Source: Octopus sinensis
Taxonomy: Eukaryota
Assembly: GCF_006345805.1 (NCBI RefSeq)
Contig: NC_043010.1
Location: forward strand, 66,898,001-66,962,000
Direction of reading: 5' to 3'
Length of the DNA stretch: 64,000 nt
Positions 1 through 11,774 of this stretch are shown in pieces (within the stretch, counting starts at the first letter, position 1; every line of letters begins with the position of its first letter). Both the position numbers and the translations under genes were made by a program. Under the pieces are notes generated by a model that was given only the letters and a program-made list of their open reading frames with translations, had not been told where the DNA came from and did no database searches.

Positions 1-73
1 TACACATACATACAATATACATATACACAATGCACATGCAAATAATGCACATATTTATACACACATATATATG

Positions 74-109
<36 letters not shown>

Positions 110-392
110 CACACATACACACACATATATATATAAAATTCACACACACACACACACAAAATACATACCTATAGCGTACACACACATATATATCTCTACA
201 TACCGCACACACACACAAACAATGTACTCACATATACACACATACCATGCATACACACACCCAACACATATATATATAAAAACAAATACACATGTAAATA
301 CATACACACGCACACAATGCACACACACACACACACAGTGCACACACACACACATATACACACGCGCGCACACACACACACACAAAACGCAC

Positions 393-425
<33 letters not shown>

Positions 426-3004
426 CACTCACACACATACATAACCTACATATATATAATGCATGCGTGTGCGTGCCGTGTATGTGTGCGGTCAATGCCC
501 GCTAGTGTGCCCTATGTGTGCCGATGCGCGCATGTGTCCGCCCGCACGATATGCTGCGAGTGTGCGCGTGTCCCTGTGTGCTTGCTCTGGATGTGTGCCT
601 AGGGGGTATGTTAGAGTATGTTTAGTTGTGGTCTGTATTTTTGAATAAGATTACTTTCCCTATTTATTCGTGTTTGGTCTGTGGTGTTGTCCGAGCATTG
701 GTATAGTGGGAAGACTAAGAATTTGGGGGACTTATTGTGTGCACAAAGGTCTAAGTGTCCACTTAGTGGTATCTGTCTTGTAGAGGGGTCCCTCAGTTGT
801 TGTCGGTGAACTGTCATTCTTTCTCTGAGGGTAAGGCTCGTTTGCCCTATGTAGTCTTCGTGGCATCCTTCACACCTTATGACGCAGAGTAAATCTTTTG
901 ATGCGCACGTGAAATTATTTTTTATGATGAATGTGTGTCCCGAGTGGAGCTTGTACGTCGATCCCTCAATGAGGTGGATGCAAGTCCTGCAGTTGGGGCG
1001 ACCACATTTTTTGATGGTGGGCGGTGGGTTTGTGTTGTGTAATTTTGCGTTGGTGAGGAGGTTTTTTAGGGATTTAGGTTGTCTCTTACTTTTTATTATT
1101 TTATGAGCTGCCAGTATTTTTTTCAGGCGTGGGTCTTGATTTAGTTGTGGAATGTTGTTGTATATAATAGTGTAAGCTTCTGCATTTCTTGGGTTGTGTG
1201 TTGAGAGATAGGGGAGGCTATTTACTGTACTGTGGATGTGTTTGGTTTTCGTAGGTCTTGAGTGTTGATTGATTTGGCCCGTTCTATTCCGTTGTCTACT
1301 AGTGATGCCGGGTAATGTCTTTCGAGAAGAATTGCCCTTAGTTCCCGGAGTCTTCTATTTCGTGTTGTGTCATTTGAGACAATAGTGCAGATTCTTCTCG
1401 CTAGGTTGAAGGGGATATTTGTCTTTGTGTGTTTTGGGTGATTGGAGGTGAATAGAAGGTATTGTTTAGAGTCAGTGGGTTTGTAATGGATGTCAGTTTC
1501 AATATTGACGCCTTTTTTAATGATTAGAATGTCAAGAAGAGGGAGTTGGTCCTGACTATATTCCATTGTGAATTGAATCTCCAATCACCCAAAACACACA
1601 AAGACAAATATCCCCTTCAACCTAGCGAGAAGAATCTGCACTATTGTCTCAAATGACACAACACGAAATAGAAGACTCCGGGAACTAAGGGCAATTCTTC
1701 TCGAAAGACATTACCCGGCATCACTAGTAGACAACGGAATAGAACGGGCCAAATCAATCAACACTCAAGACCTACGAAAACCCAAACACATCCACAGTAC
1801 AGTAAATAGCCTCCCCTATCTCTCAACACACAATCCAAGGAATGCAGAAGCTTACACTATTATATACAACAACATTCCACAACTAAATCAAGACCCACGC
1901 CTGAAAAAAATACTGGCAGCTCATAAAATAATAAAAAGTAAGAGACAACCTAAATCCCTAAAAAACCTCCTCACCAACGCAAAATTACACAACACAAACC
2001 CACCGCCCACCATCAAAAAATGTGGTCGCCCCAACTGCAGGACTTGCATCCACCTCATTGAGGGATCGACGTACAAGTTCCACTCGGGACACACATTCAT
2101 CATAAAAAATAATTTCACGTGCGCATCAAAAAATTTACTCTGCGTCATAAGGTGTGAAGGATACCACGAAGACTACATAGGGCAAACGAGCCTTACCCTC
2201 AGAGAAAGAATGACAGTTCACCGACAACAACTGAGGGACCCCTCTACAAGACAGATACCACTAAGTGGATACTAAGACCTTTGTGCACACAATAAGTCCC
2301 CCAAATTCTTAGTCTTCCCACTATACCAATGCTCGGACAACACCACAGACCAAACACGAATAAATAGGGAAAGTAATCTTATTCAAAAATACAGACCACA
2401 ACTAAACATACTCTAACATACCCCCTAGGCACACATCCAGAGCAAGCACACAGGGACACACGCACACTCGCAGCATATCGTGCGGGCGGACACATGCGCG
2501 CATCGGCACACATAGGGCACACTAGCGGGCATTGACCGCACACATACACGGCACGCACACGCATGCATTATATATATGTAGGTTATGTATGTGTGTGAGT
2601 GTAGTGTGTGTGTGTGTGCGTGTGCGTGTGTGCGCGTTGTGTGTGTGTGTGCGCGCGCGTGTGTATATGTGTGTGTGTGTGTGTGCATTGTGTGCGTGTG
2701 TATGTATTTACATGTGTATTTGTTTTATATATATATATATATATATGTGTGTGTATGCATGGTATGTGTGTATATGTGAGTACATTGTTTGTGTGTGTGT
2801 GCGGTATGTAGAGATATATATGTGTGTGTACGCTATAGGTATGTATTTTGTGTGTGTGTGTGTGTGTGAATTTTATATATGTATGTGTGTGTATGTGTGT
2901 GAATATATATATATATATATATATATGTATGCATATATATGTGTGTATAAATATGTGCATTATTTGCATGTGCATTGTGTATATGTATATTGTATGTATG
3001 TGTA
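1..3004. repeat. Large inverted repeat: left arm 1-1447 (runs off the window), right arm 1579-~3004, 131-bp unique spacer
   Basis: Mirror ORFs 879..1106(+) and 1921..2148(-) are near-identical. 1276-1285 is the reverse complement of 1741-1750, and 1-60 mirrors 2945-3004. A few substitutions and small indels distinguish the arms. Confidence 0.97.
611..1584 (-). pseudogene. 5'-truncated Penelope-like element (RT C-terminus, Cys linker, GIY-YIG endonuclease), left arm
   Basis: IQFTME...LPLLDILI...YKPTDSKQYL...SNHP...IPFNLARRIC (PLE RT thumb), CGRPNCRTC linker, YIGQT...LRERMTVH...RPQLN. A 1-bp frameshift lies near 1253. Confidence 0.93.
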
Positions 3005-3660
3005 TTGTATATGTATGTGTACAATTATGTGTATATGTGTGTGTATGTGTGCATTGTATATATGTATATTGTAGGTGTGTTATATATGCATGAATACATG
3101 TATATACATTGCATGTATATATATGTATGCATTGTGTATGTTATGTGTGTGTGTATATATATATGTTATATGTATGCGTACGTGTATATGTATACATTGT
3201 ATGTATGTATATTGTGTGTATATGTGGTATATTTATGTATGTGTATGTAAACGCTATTTATATGTATATATGTATATATGTATATGCATTGTCTATATAT
3301 ATATATATTATATGTATGTATTGTGCATGTATATTGTATGTATATATTGTGTATGTGTATTATATATATGCTGTGTATGTGTATTGTATGTATATATGTG
3401 CTAGGTGTATTTGTGTTATATTTATATTATGTATGTATGTATTTGTGCATGTGTTGTGTGTGTGTGTTGTGTCTGTGTGTGTGTTATATATGTGTGTGTA
3501 TTATATATAAATACATGTTATATCTGTATGCTGTGTGTGTATATTATATATGTGTGTGCGTTGTGTATGTGTGTGTTCTGTATGTGTGTGTGTTGTGTGT
3601 GCGTGTTGTGTGTTTGTATATTATGTGTGTGTGTGTGTGTGTTTGTGTGTGTGTATGTGT
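2580..3660. repeat. Complex (TG)n/(TA)n/(TATG)n microsatellite
   Basis: Visible directly; source of spurious ORFs. Confidence 0.95.
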
Positions 3661-4275
3661 GTGACAAACAGACGCCGTCTGACCAGATACTACGGGCACA
3701 CAGACACATCTATTCACACACACGCAGAGAGACACACATACTCACCTCATGATAACCCCAAAATCATTGATGCTTGAAGGGAAGCCATAAACAGAACAAA
3801 ACGAGTACATTTCTCTCAATTCAACATTTCTGCTAAAACGAACAGGTCAGTAAAAACAAACTCTCGCCTTCAATTCATAATATTCTGTATGGACCCTGAG
3901 ATGTATAATATATTCATTTAAATTTTTTCTGTCAATTTTTCAAATATTCTCACCATACTATTGCACTTCCTTATGTCTTTAACATGTCCTTTTTACCAAA
4001 GACTCTATATATATACATGTAATGTGACAATTTGCAACAACCAATAATTAACGCAACCAAATTTCCAATAATATATTTGTTTTATTCTTTTCTGCCAATT
4101 TTTCCAAATATTCTCATCACACTGTTGAACTTCTTTATGCCCTTAATATATCCCTGTTACCAAACATTATATTTATACATGTAATGTGACAATTATGTAA
4201 AAAAACTTTTTTGAATTCTTAATATTCAATGTGGCAATTATGTAAAAAACTTTTTTGAATTCATAGTATTCTATG

Positions 4276-4320
4276 TTACTTTTGACAATCTTTTTCCAAA
4301 GAGTGAAACCGGTTAAGTAA
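4276..4320 (+). ncRNA. Minimal type I hammerhead ribozyme motif, U3-A8 core variant
   Basis: TTACTT-TTGACAA-TCTTT ttcc AAAGA gt-GAA-ACCGGT-T-AAGTAA: perfect 6-bp stem I, palindromic stem III, cleavage triplet GUU at 4312-4314. Confidence 0.72.
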
Positions 4321-4400
4321 ATAAACATCTTTTAAATTGCATTTTCAAACCTTCTTTCGTATATAATTCCACTCGTGCGATACCCCACAACTCAACTTTG

Positions 4401-4451
<51 letters not shown>

Positions 4452-4948
4452 AAAAAGGAGATGTGGAACACGAGTTGTGACATATAAAAAAAAGAAATGA
4501 AGAAAATGCTGACAAAATAATTTAAGTAAGGGAGAGTGTATTTAATTAGGTGAAAGTTCTTTTTACCGGTTGCGCATTTGTTATGCTTATCAAAAGATAT
4601 TTTTTAAAGAGAGATAGAGTTCCTTTCTGATAGATTTTTTCTCTTATCTGACTTTATGTTGGGTTTGCCGTCTCTCATATGTGAAAAAAGAGGCTCCAGA
4701 GTTGTTTAAGATTTGCTTGGTTTTGCGCCTAAAATTTCTTGTGGACAATGGTCAATACAATTTTGATTGGTCATTATAAAGGGGTAAGTGCTCTAGGTGT
4801 AAGTGCATTCTTCAAACAAACAAGCCACACCTGCTTGCATCAATAAGCAATGCTGGTATAAAGTAAAGTTGAACGTTTTGTTTTCGTTTCCACGACTGTG
4901 TTGTAAATGTATTCACACCTGTTTAACTACTTTCCTATTTTTGAGTAG

Positions 4949-5102
4949 ACCTTATGAGAGGTATCAAATGCTTGGAGATAACCAATGAGTTGAAAAAATG
5001 CTATCATGATTTCGCCACGGCAATTGGACAAATGATGGAGAAATTTGAAACGCCTCTACCTAATCATCCGATTAGCAAAGAGCTGAAGGACGTAGCCTGC
5101 AA
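4949..5102 (+). CDS. Putative internal coding exon of an unidentified gene (LMRGIKCLEITNELKKCYHDFATAIGQMMEKFETPLPNHPISKELKDVACK)
   Basis: TAG acceptor at 4946-4948 after a pyrimidine tract, GTAAGT donor at 5103, open frame over 154 nt (phase 1 to 2), unique sequence. Confidence 0.55.
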
Positions 5103-6049
5103 GTAAGTATAGAAGGCTAAAAATATATGAGACAATTATTGGGGTTTTTACAGCTGGATGCCCTTCCAAATACCAATCACTTTACAGTGAGGACTGGATG
5201 CTTTTTACGTGGCACCACCATTGGCAGGTTTACCAAGTAACTCGCAAACAAGGAATTATGAGAAGGGTAGGGGCATTTGAGCAGGGGAACTTGTGTCAGA
5301 AGATGAAAGAGAGACAGAGAGGCAAAAACAGGTGCCTTGCTATAATGGAGGGGGCATTGGAGGAGGTGGTCCGGTGCCAGATGACGAAGGTTAGTGCCTT
5401 GGTTCCCAAACTGGGGTCCGCGGAGCGATTTTAGGGAATTTGCTAAGGGGTCGCCAAATTTTAGATTTATAATGTTCAAAACTCTAGGTTTTCCGGTTTT
5501 AGCTAAAAGTGGAACCGTTGAACATGCACGCACTACACAGAACCCCTAATTTACGTATTAAAAAAACCATACAGATATAATGCATTTGAGGTGACGCGCG
5601 CAAGGCATACATGCACGTACTTGAATGCAGGCGTCTCTCTGCGGCTTTATCGATCGGTGCTGGGGAATGGGCGCAACAAGTCTAAACAGGATTGAAAAAT
5701 GGTGGTGTAACAGCCCAGAATATACCCCTGCCCAAACTATAGTCTGGGCTAGCCCAGACTATGCTCCCTCCAGACAACCAGGCCAGAATATACCCCTGTC
5801 AAGACTATACCCCATGCTTGCGGACAAATAACACAGATGCACCTCACTTATAAAAGTTGCCTCTTTAGCCTGCTGGGCTTCAGCGAAGAAGCTGCCAATA
5901 CCTCAGAGCACAGAACACACTGTGGTCTTTCTACTCTGCTAGCAGTAAGCACAGTGAAACCGAAGCTCAAATATGACTCGTCGTATCTCCTTTTCTTTGT
6001 AAAAGACATTCTACAAATGAATATGGGATGGAAGCACTCCGTCGGTTAA

Positions 6050-6282
6050 GGCGGCGAGCTAGCAGAATCGTTAGCACGTCGGGCGAAATGCTTAGCGGTA
6101 TTTCGGCTGCCGTTACGTTGTGAGTTCAAATTCCGCCGAGGTCGACTTCGCCTTTCATCCTTTCGGGGTCGATAAGTTAAGTACCAGTTAAGCACTGGGG
6201 TCGATATAATCGACTTAATACCTATGTCTGTCCATGTTTGTCCCCTCTGTGTTTAGCCCCTTGTGGGTAATAAAGAAATAGG
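6050..6282 (+). mobile_element. tRNA-derived SINE family A, monomer
   Basis: Head GGCGGCGAGCTAGCAGAATCGTTAG and body GAGTTCAAATTCCGCCGAGGTCGAC...GGGGTCGAT; more than 15 related copies in the window. Confidence 0.9.
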
Positions 6283-6630
6283 TTACGACGACGAGGGTTC
6301 CGGTTGATCCGATCAACGGAAGAGTCTGCTCGTGAAATTAATGTGTAAGTGGCTGAGCACTCCACAGACACGTGTACCCTTAACGTAGTTCTCGGGGATA
6401 TTCAGCGTGACACAGAGTAACAAGGCCGGCCCTTTGAAATACATGTACAACAGAAACAGGAAGTAAGAGTGAGAGAAAGTTGTGGTGAAAGAGTACAGCA
6501 GGGATCACCACCATCCCCTGCCGGAGCCTCGTGGAGCTTTAGGTGTTTTCGCTCAATAAACACTCACAACGCCCGGTCTGGGAATCGAAAGCGCGATCCT
6601 ATGACCGCGAGTCCGCTGCCCTAACCACTG
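6283..6630 (-). mobile_element. tRNA-derived SINE family C variant
   Basis: Minus-strand A box AGTGGTTAGG and B-box-like TTCGATTCCC; 3' tail shared with 17510-17832 and 32843-33162. Confidence 0.8.
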
Positions 6631-6900
6631 AATATAATAACAATATGTAAACATTGTGCAAACGGAAGGGCTGCTCCAGGCGGCACACACTCTTGCTACG
6701 CTAGTGTGTGTGTAAAGTATAGAATTGTATTTGGTACAGAACGGTATGGTAGTGTAGTGCGTGTTCAGAAAAAGAGAGATTTGGTTTCTACTTTTAGCAT
6801 GTAGAGGGATCTCATACAATCTCTTGGCAGTTTATAGCTCCGCTTATTTTTCATTTTCTTTCTTTTTTTTTCTTCGGTTTAACTTGTGCAAACATGTCTC

Positions 6901-7118
6901 TCTTTTACTCTTTTACTTGTTTCAGTCATTTGACTGCGGCCACGCTGGAGCACCGCCTTTAATCGAGCAACTCGACCCCGGGACTTATTCTTTTGTAAGC
7001 CCAGTACTTATTCTATCGGTCTCTTTTGCCGAACCGCTAAGTAACGGGGACATAGACACACCAGCATCGGTTGTCAAGCAATGCTAGGGGGACAAACACA
7101 GACACACAAACACACACA

Positions 7119-7182
<64 letters not shown>

Positions 7183-7520
7183 TACGACGGGCTTCTTTCA
7201 GTTTCCGTCTACCAAATCCAGTCACAAGGCTTTGGTCGGCCCGAGGCTATAGTAGAAGACACTTGCCCAAGGTGCCCACGCAGTGGGACTGAACCCGGAA
7301 CCATGTGGTTGGTTAGCAAGCTACTTACCAAACAGCCACTCCTGCGCCTATACATATATACGACGGGCTTCTTTCAGTTTCCGTCTACCAAATCCAGTCA
7401 CAAGGCTTTGGTCGGCCCGAGGCTATAGTAGAAGACACTTGCCCAAGGTGCCCACGCAGTGGGACTGAACCCGGAACCATGTGGTTGGTAAACAAGCTAC
7501 TTACCACACAGCCACTACTC
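6901..7520 (-). mobile_element. tRNA-derived SINE family B with duplicated head segment
   Basis: Reverse complement of the family at 14417-14830; the segment at ~7180-7345 repeats at ~7355-7515. Confidence 0.88.
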
Positions 7521-7839
7521 TTCATTTTCTTTCTTTTTTTTTTTTTTGTTTTCGGTTTGACTTGTGCAAGCACGTCTGTTTATTTGTTTATTTTTTAAAT
7601 ATCTTTTTTTTCTTCTTTGCTTCCGCTCTAGCATAACCGTCGCAAGATATAGATGTGAACTTGCCCTCTACAGACGCTGCAATCGGAGAGTTGGACAAAT
7701 TATGTCGAACTTCTTGTACGGAGCATTACCCACTCGGTGCCAGACGCGAATGAGTGTGAGATCTGAGTACACTGCTTTGTATGGAAGTAGTAATATCAGC
7801 AGAGTTACTTCCCCTTGGCTCGTGGTGTTCTTGTGTGTT

Positions 7840-8085
7840 TTACTCACCTTGCAATAAAGTATCTGTACTGTTCTTCGCAGTTTCTGTTCTGGAGTTGTTG
7901 TTGTTGTTGTTCTCGATGGTGGTTGTGGCGATGGTGTTTGCTAGTGGTGGTCGTGGGTAGTGGTTGTGGTGTTGATAGTAGTAGTGGTGATGTTGGTGAT
8001 AATGGTTGTCGTAAGTGGTGGTGGTTGTTGTTGTTGTAGTGGTGGTGGTGGTGGTGGTGGAGGTAATGGTAGTGGTTGTGTTGGG
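7840..8085. repeat. (GTT)/(GGT) trinucleotide low-complexity tract
   Basis: Visible directly. Confidence 0.85.
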
Positions 8086-8123
8086 AACACGCATACATCA
8101 TACACACACATACGTATGTATAA

Positions 8124-8901
8124 TCTTTTCTACTCTAGGCACAAGACCCGACATTTTTGTGGAGGGAGCCAGTCAATTAGATCGACTCCAGTACGCAACT
8201 GGTACTTAATTTATCAACCCCGAAAGGATGAAAGGCAAAGTCGACCTCGGCGGAATTTGAACTCAGAACGTAACGGCAGACGAAATATCGCTAAGCATTT
8301 CGCCCGGCGTGCTAACGTTTCTTATTTCTTTATTGCTCACAAAGGGCTAAACATAGAGGGGACAAACAAGGACAGACAAAGGGATTAAGTCGATTACATC
8401 GACCTCAGTGCGTAACTGGTACTTATTTAATCAACCCCGAAAGGACGAAAGACAAAGTCGACCTCGGCGGAATTTGAACTCAGAACGTAGCGGCAGACAA
8501 AATACCTGTTTCTTTACTACTCACAAGGGGCTAAACTCAGAGAGGACAAACAAGGACAAACAAAGGGATTAAGTCGATTACATCGACCTCAGTGCGTAAC
8601 TGGTACTTATTTAATCAACCCCGAAAGGACGAAAGACAAAGTCGACCTCGGCGGAATTTGAACTCAGAACGTAGCGGCGGACGAAATACCTATTTCTTTA
8701 CTACCCACAAGGGGCTAAACTCAGAGAGGACAAACAAAGGGATTAAGTCGATTACATCGACCCCAGTGCGTAACTGGTACTTATTTAATCCACCCTGAAA
8801 GGACGAAAGACAAAGTCGACCTCGGCGGAATTTGAACTCAGAACGTAGCGGCAGACGAAATATAGCTTAGTATTTCGTCCGGCTCTACCAGCTCGCCGCC
8901 T
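8124..8901 (-). mobile_element. SINE family A multimer (head, 3 A1 bodies, partial head, A2 body)
   Basis: ~170-185-bp body repeated head-to-tail; head GGCGGCGAGCTGG at the right end. Confidence 0.9.
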
Positions 8902-9123
8902 TGTAGCACGTGATAATTGAAGTGAAAATGTCCAGTGTACTTTCCGCCCTTTCCGCCCTCATGAAACAATAAAATGTCGCTTTTGTCTCGTCACCAGATT
9001 ACAATTGATTTATAGCTAGCTCTTCAGCGTTTAGTACGGATGTTCAAGTAACAACCTGTTTTAGCCAGTGAAATGGGAATGGCGAGAGTTTTAATGAGAC
9101 AGCAGTGATTTGCCAGAAATAGA

Positions 9124-9710
<587 letters not shown>

Positions 9711-9789
9711 TGCACGGAAGAACCGTTCGAAGGATGGTTTACAAACATCTTGTGTTCTGTTGTAAAACAGTACAGTCTCAGACGTATTA

Positions 9790-9960
9790 GTTCCAACAAG
9801 CGTTTCTCCCCACCCAGTTCAGTTACATGAGTTTTTGTGACAATGTGAAAGTAGAATATATTCCCAAGAACATAAGGTCTTTACTTCAACCAATGGATCA
9901 AGGTGTAGCAACTAATTTCAAGGCATATCCGGGGAAAATTTCCAAACAACTTATTAAAGC
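9790..9960 (+). pseudogene. pogo/Tigger transposase remnant
   Basis: Translates as ...DNVKVEYIPKNIRSLLQPMDQGVATNFKAY, the pogo-type QPMDQG motif. Confidence 0.8.
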
Positions 9961-10096
9961 ATTTAATGGGGAGATAAATCTATAATTAAAGACTTCTAGA
10001 ATAAGTTTAATATAATGAATGTTGTGGGTAACATAGCTAAGTCGTGAAGTGAAGTAAAACCCTCAACTTTGAATGGTGTTTAGAAACATATATATA

Positions 10097-10697
10097 TATT
10101 TCTTTATTGCCCACAAGGGGCTAAACATAGAGGGCACAAACAAGGACAGACAAAGGGATTAAGTCGATTACATCAACCCCAGTGCGAAACTGGTACTTTA
10201 TTTATCGACCCCGAAAGGATGAAAGGTAAAGTCGACCTCGGCGGAATTTGAACTCAGAACGTAACGACAGACGAAATACCTATTTCTTTATTACCTACAA
10301 GGGGCCAAACACAGAGAGGACAAACAAGGACAGACATAGGTATTAAGTCGATTACATCGACCCCAGTGCGTAACTGGTACTTTATTTATCGACCCCGAAA
10401 AGATGAAAGGTAAAGTCGACCTCGGCGGAATTTGAATTCAGAACGTAACGACAGACGAAATACCTATTTCTTTACTACCCACAAGGGGCCAAACACAGAG
10501 GGGACAAACAAGGACAGACATAGGTATTAAGTCGATTACATCGACCCCAGTGCGTAACTGGTACTTTATTTATCGACCCCGAAAGGATGAAATGTAAAGT
10601 CGACCTCGGCGAAATTTGAACTCAGAACGTAACGACAGACGAAATACCGCTAAGCATTTCACCCGACGCGCTAACGTGTCTGCCAGCTCGCTGCCTT
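10097..10697 (-). mobile_element. SINE family A trimer with 17-bp target-site duplication
   Basis: Three 184-bp bodies plus one head; GTTTAGAAACATATATA at 10078-10094 and 10699-10715. Confidence 0.92.
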
Positions 10698-10970
10698 CGT
10701 TTAGAAACATATATAGCCACACTGTGTACGTGAGCTTACAAGTTTTTCATAAACCGGACGTCTACGTCAAATTTTGGAAAAGATTTTGACACCTGCAAAT
10801 GTAAGCTCTGAAGATGTCATGGACGATGATGTGGCTGAACCGCTAGTGTTTCATAGACATAGAAAAAAAGTTTATCTAACGAGGAGCTGATACTGTTAGA
10901 ACAAAGTAAGCTGGGAAGACATGAAAATACAGAAATTCAGCCAATTCTGCTTAAATAGGCTCAAAGAGAG

Positions 10971-11102
10971 AATACCAAACGAGTTCCCTATGGATACCGT
11001 ATTTATTACAACGAGTGGCTTGTAAACGTATCTAACGAGCGAAAGCGAGTTAGATACGTTTACAAGCCACAAACTCATTCCATAGGGAATGAGTTTGGTA
11101 TT
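10971..11102. repeat. Nested palindrome / multi-hairpin element (MITE-like)
   Basis: Perfect 22-bp arms 11015-11036 / 11049-11070; hairpin 11071-11096; outer arms 10971-10994 / 11079-11102 (21/24). Confidence 0.85.
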
Positions 11103-11191
11103 TTATTTATTACACACGAATAAACGACCATATTTTATTAACCCAATAACTAAATTCTTCACGTTTAGTTGTAACTTATGAAAGTAGTGCC

Positions 11192-11295
11192 GTCACCGTG
11201 ACCTCGGGTCATCACCATGAATTGACCAATCAGAAGCAGCGCTGTCACCGTGACCTCGGGTCATCACCATGGATTGACCAATCAGAAGCAGCGCT
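11192..11295 (+). repeat. 52-bp tandem dimer containing CCAAT boxes
   Basis: GTCACCGTGACCTCGGGTCATCACCATG(A/G)ATTGACCAATCAGAAGCAGCGCT x2. Confidence 0.9.
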
Positions 11296-11774
11296 CGCAG
11301 TATCTGACATATGTTAGATACCAAAAATATCTCAAAGTGTTCTCACTCACATGGGTGTAATAAAGGATATCACTAAAGGGTTGGCACTTTTTGATGACAA
11401 AGACCCTAATCGGGAATATAACATAAAAATTACAAGAGGAATCTACACTGAGTTCAGTTCCCAGACTGAGAGGATTGCACCATAACCCTCAAATATTTTT
11501 TAATAAAGTTTTTAGTGTGATTGTGAAGCAGTCAGTGAATAAATCGTCAATAAGCAACATTTGTTTTCATTATATTGCAGAAAGGACTCCTTCCAATCTT
11601 CTCCAGTGGGGGTATTATTAAAGAAGACTCCGTCGAGGTCGAATTTGCCTTTCATCCTTTCGGGGTCGATAAATTAAGTACCAGTTGCGTACTGGGGTAG
11701 ATATAATCGACTGCCTCCGCACACTAAAAAAATTCGGGCCTTGTGCCCAGAGTAGAAAAGATTATTAAAGAAGA

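Larger units (their letters stand above)
1579..4402 (+). mobile_element. 5'-truncated Penelope-like element (Neptune-like), right arm, with long 3' UTR/pLTR ending at (TA)n
   Basis: Same RT-thumb/GIY-YIG coding as the left arm, with a premature TAA at 2273-2275. Followed by a microsatellite-rich UTR, imperfect direct repeats (3921-4032 / 4084-4194), a hammerhead motif and a (TA)n run. The C-x4-C-x2-C linker is as described for Neptune-type PLEs. Confidence 0.85.

Noticed and set aside
1-3004. Palindrome as a pure assembly artefact, or as an ADAR-edited cDNA
   Set aside because: The arms differ by mixed substitutions and indels with distinct lesions and show no consistent A-to-G bias; read-level confirmation is still advisable.
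5140-5510. RTE-like 3' end and hAT-like MITE start
   Set aside because: Too degenerate to delimit; no TSD or second TIR was identified.
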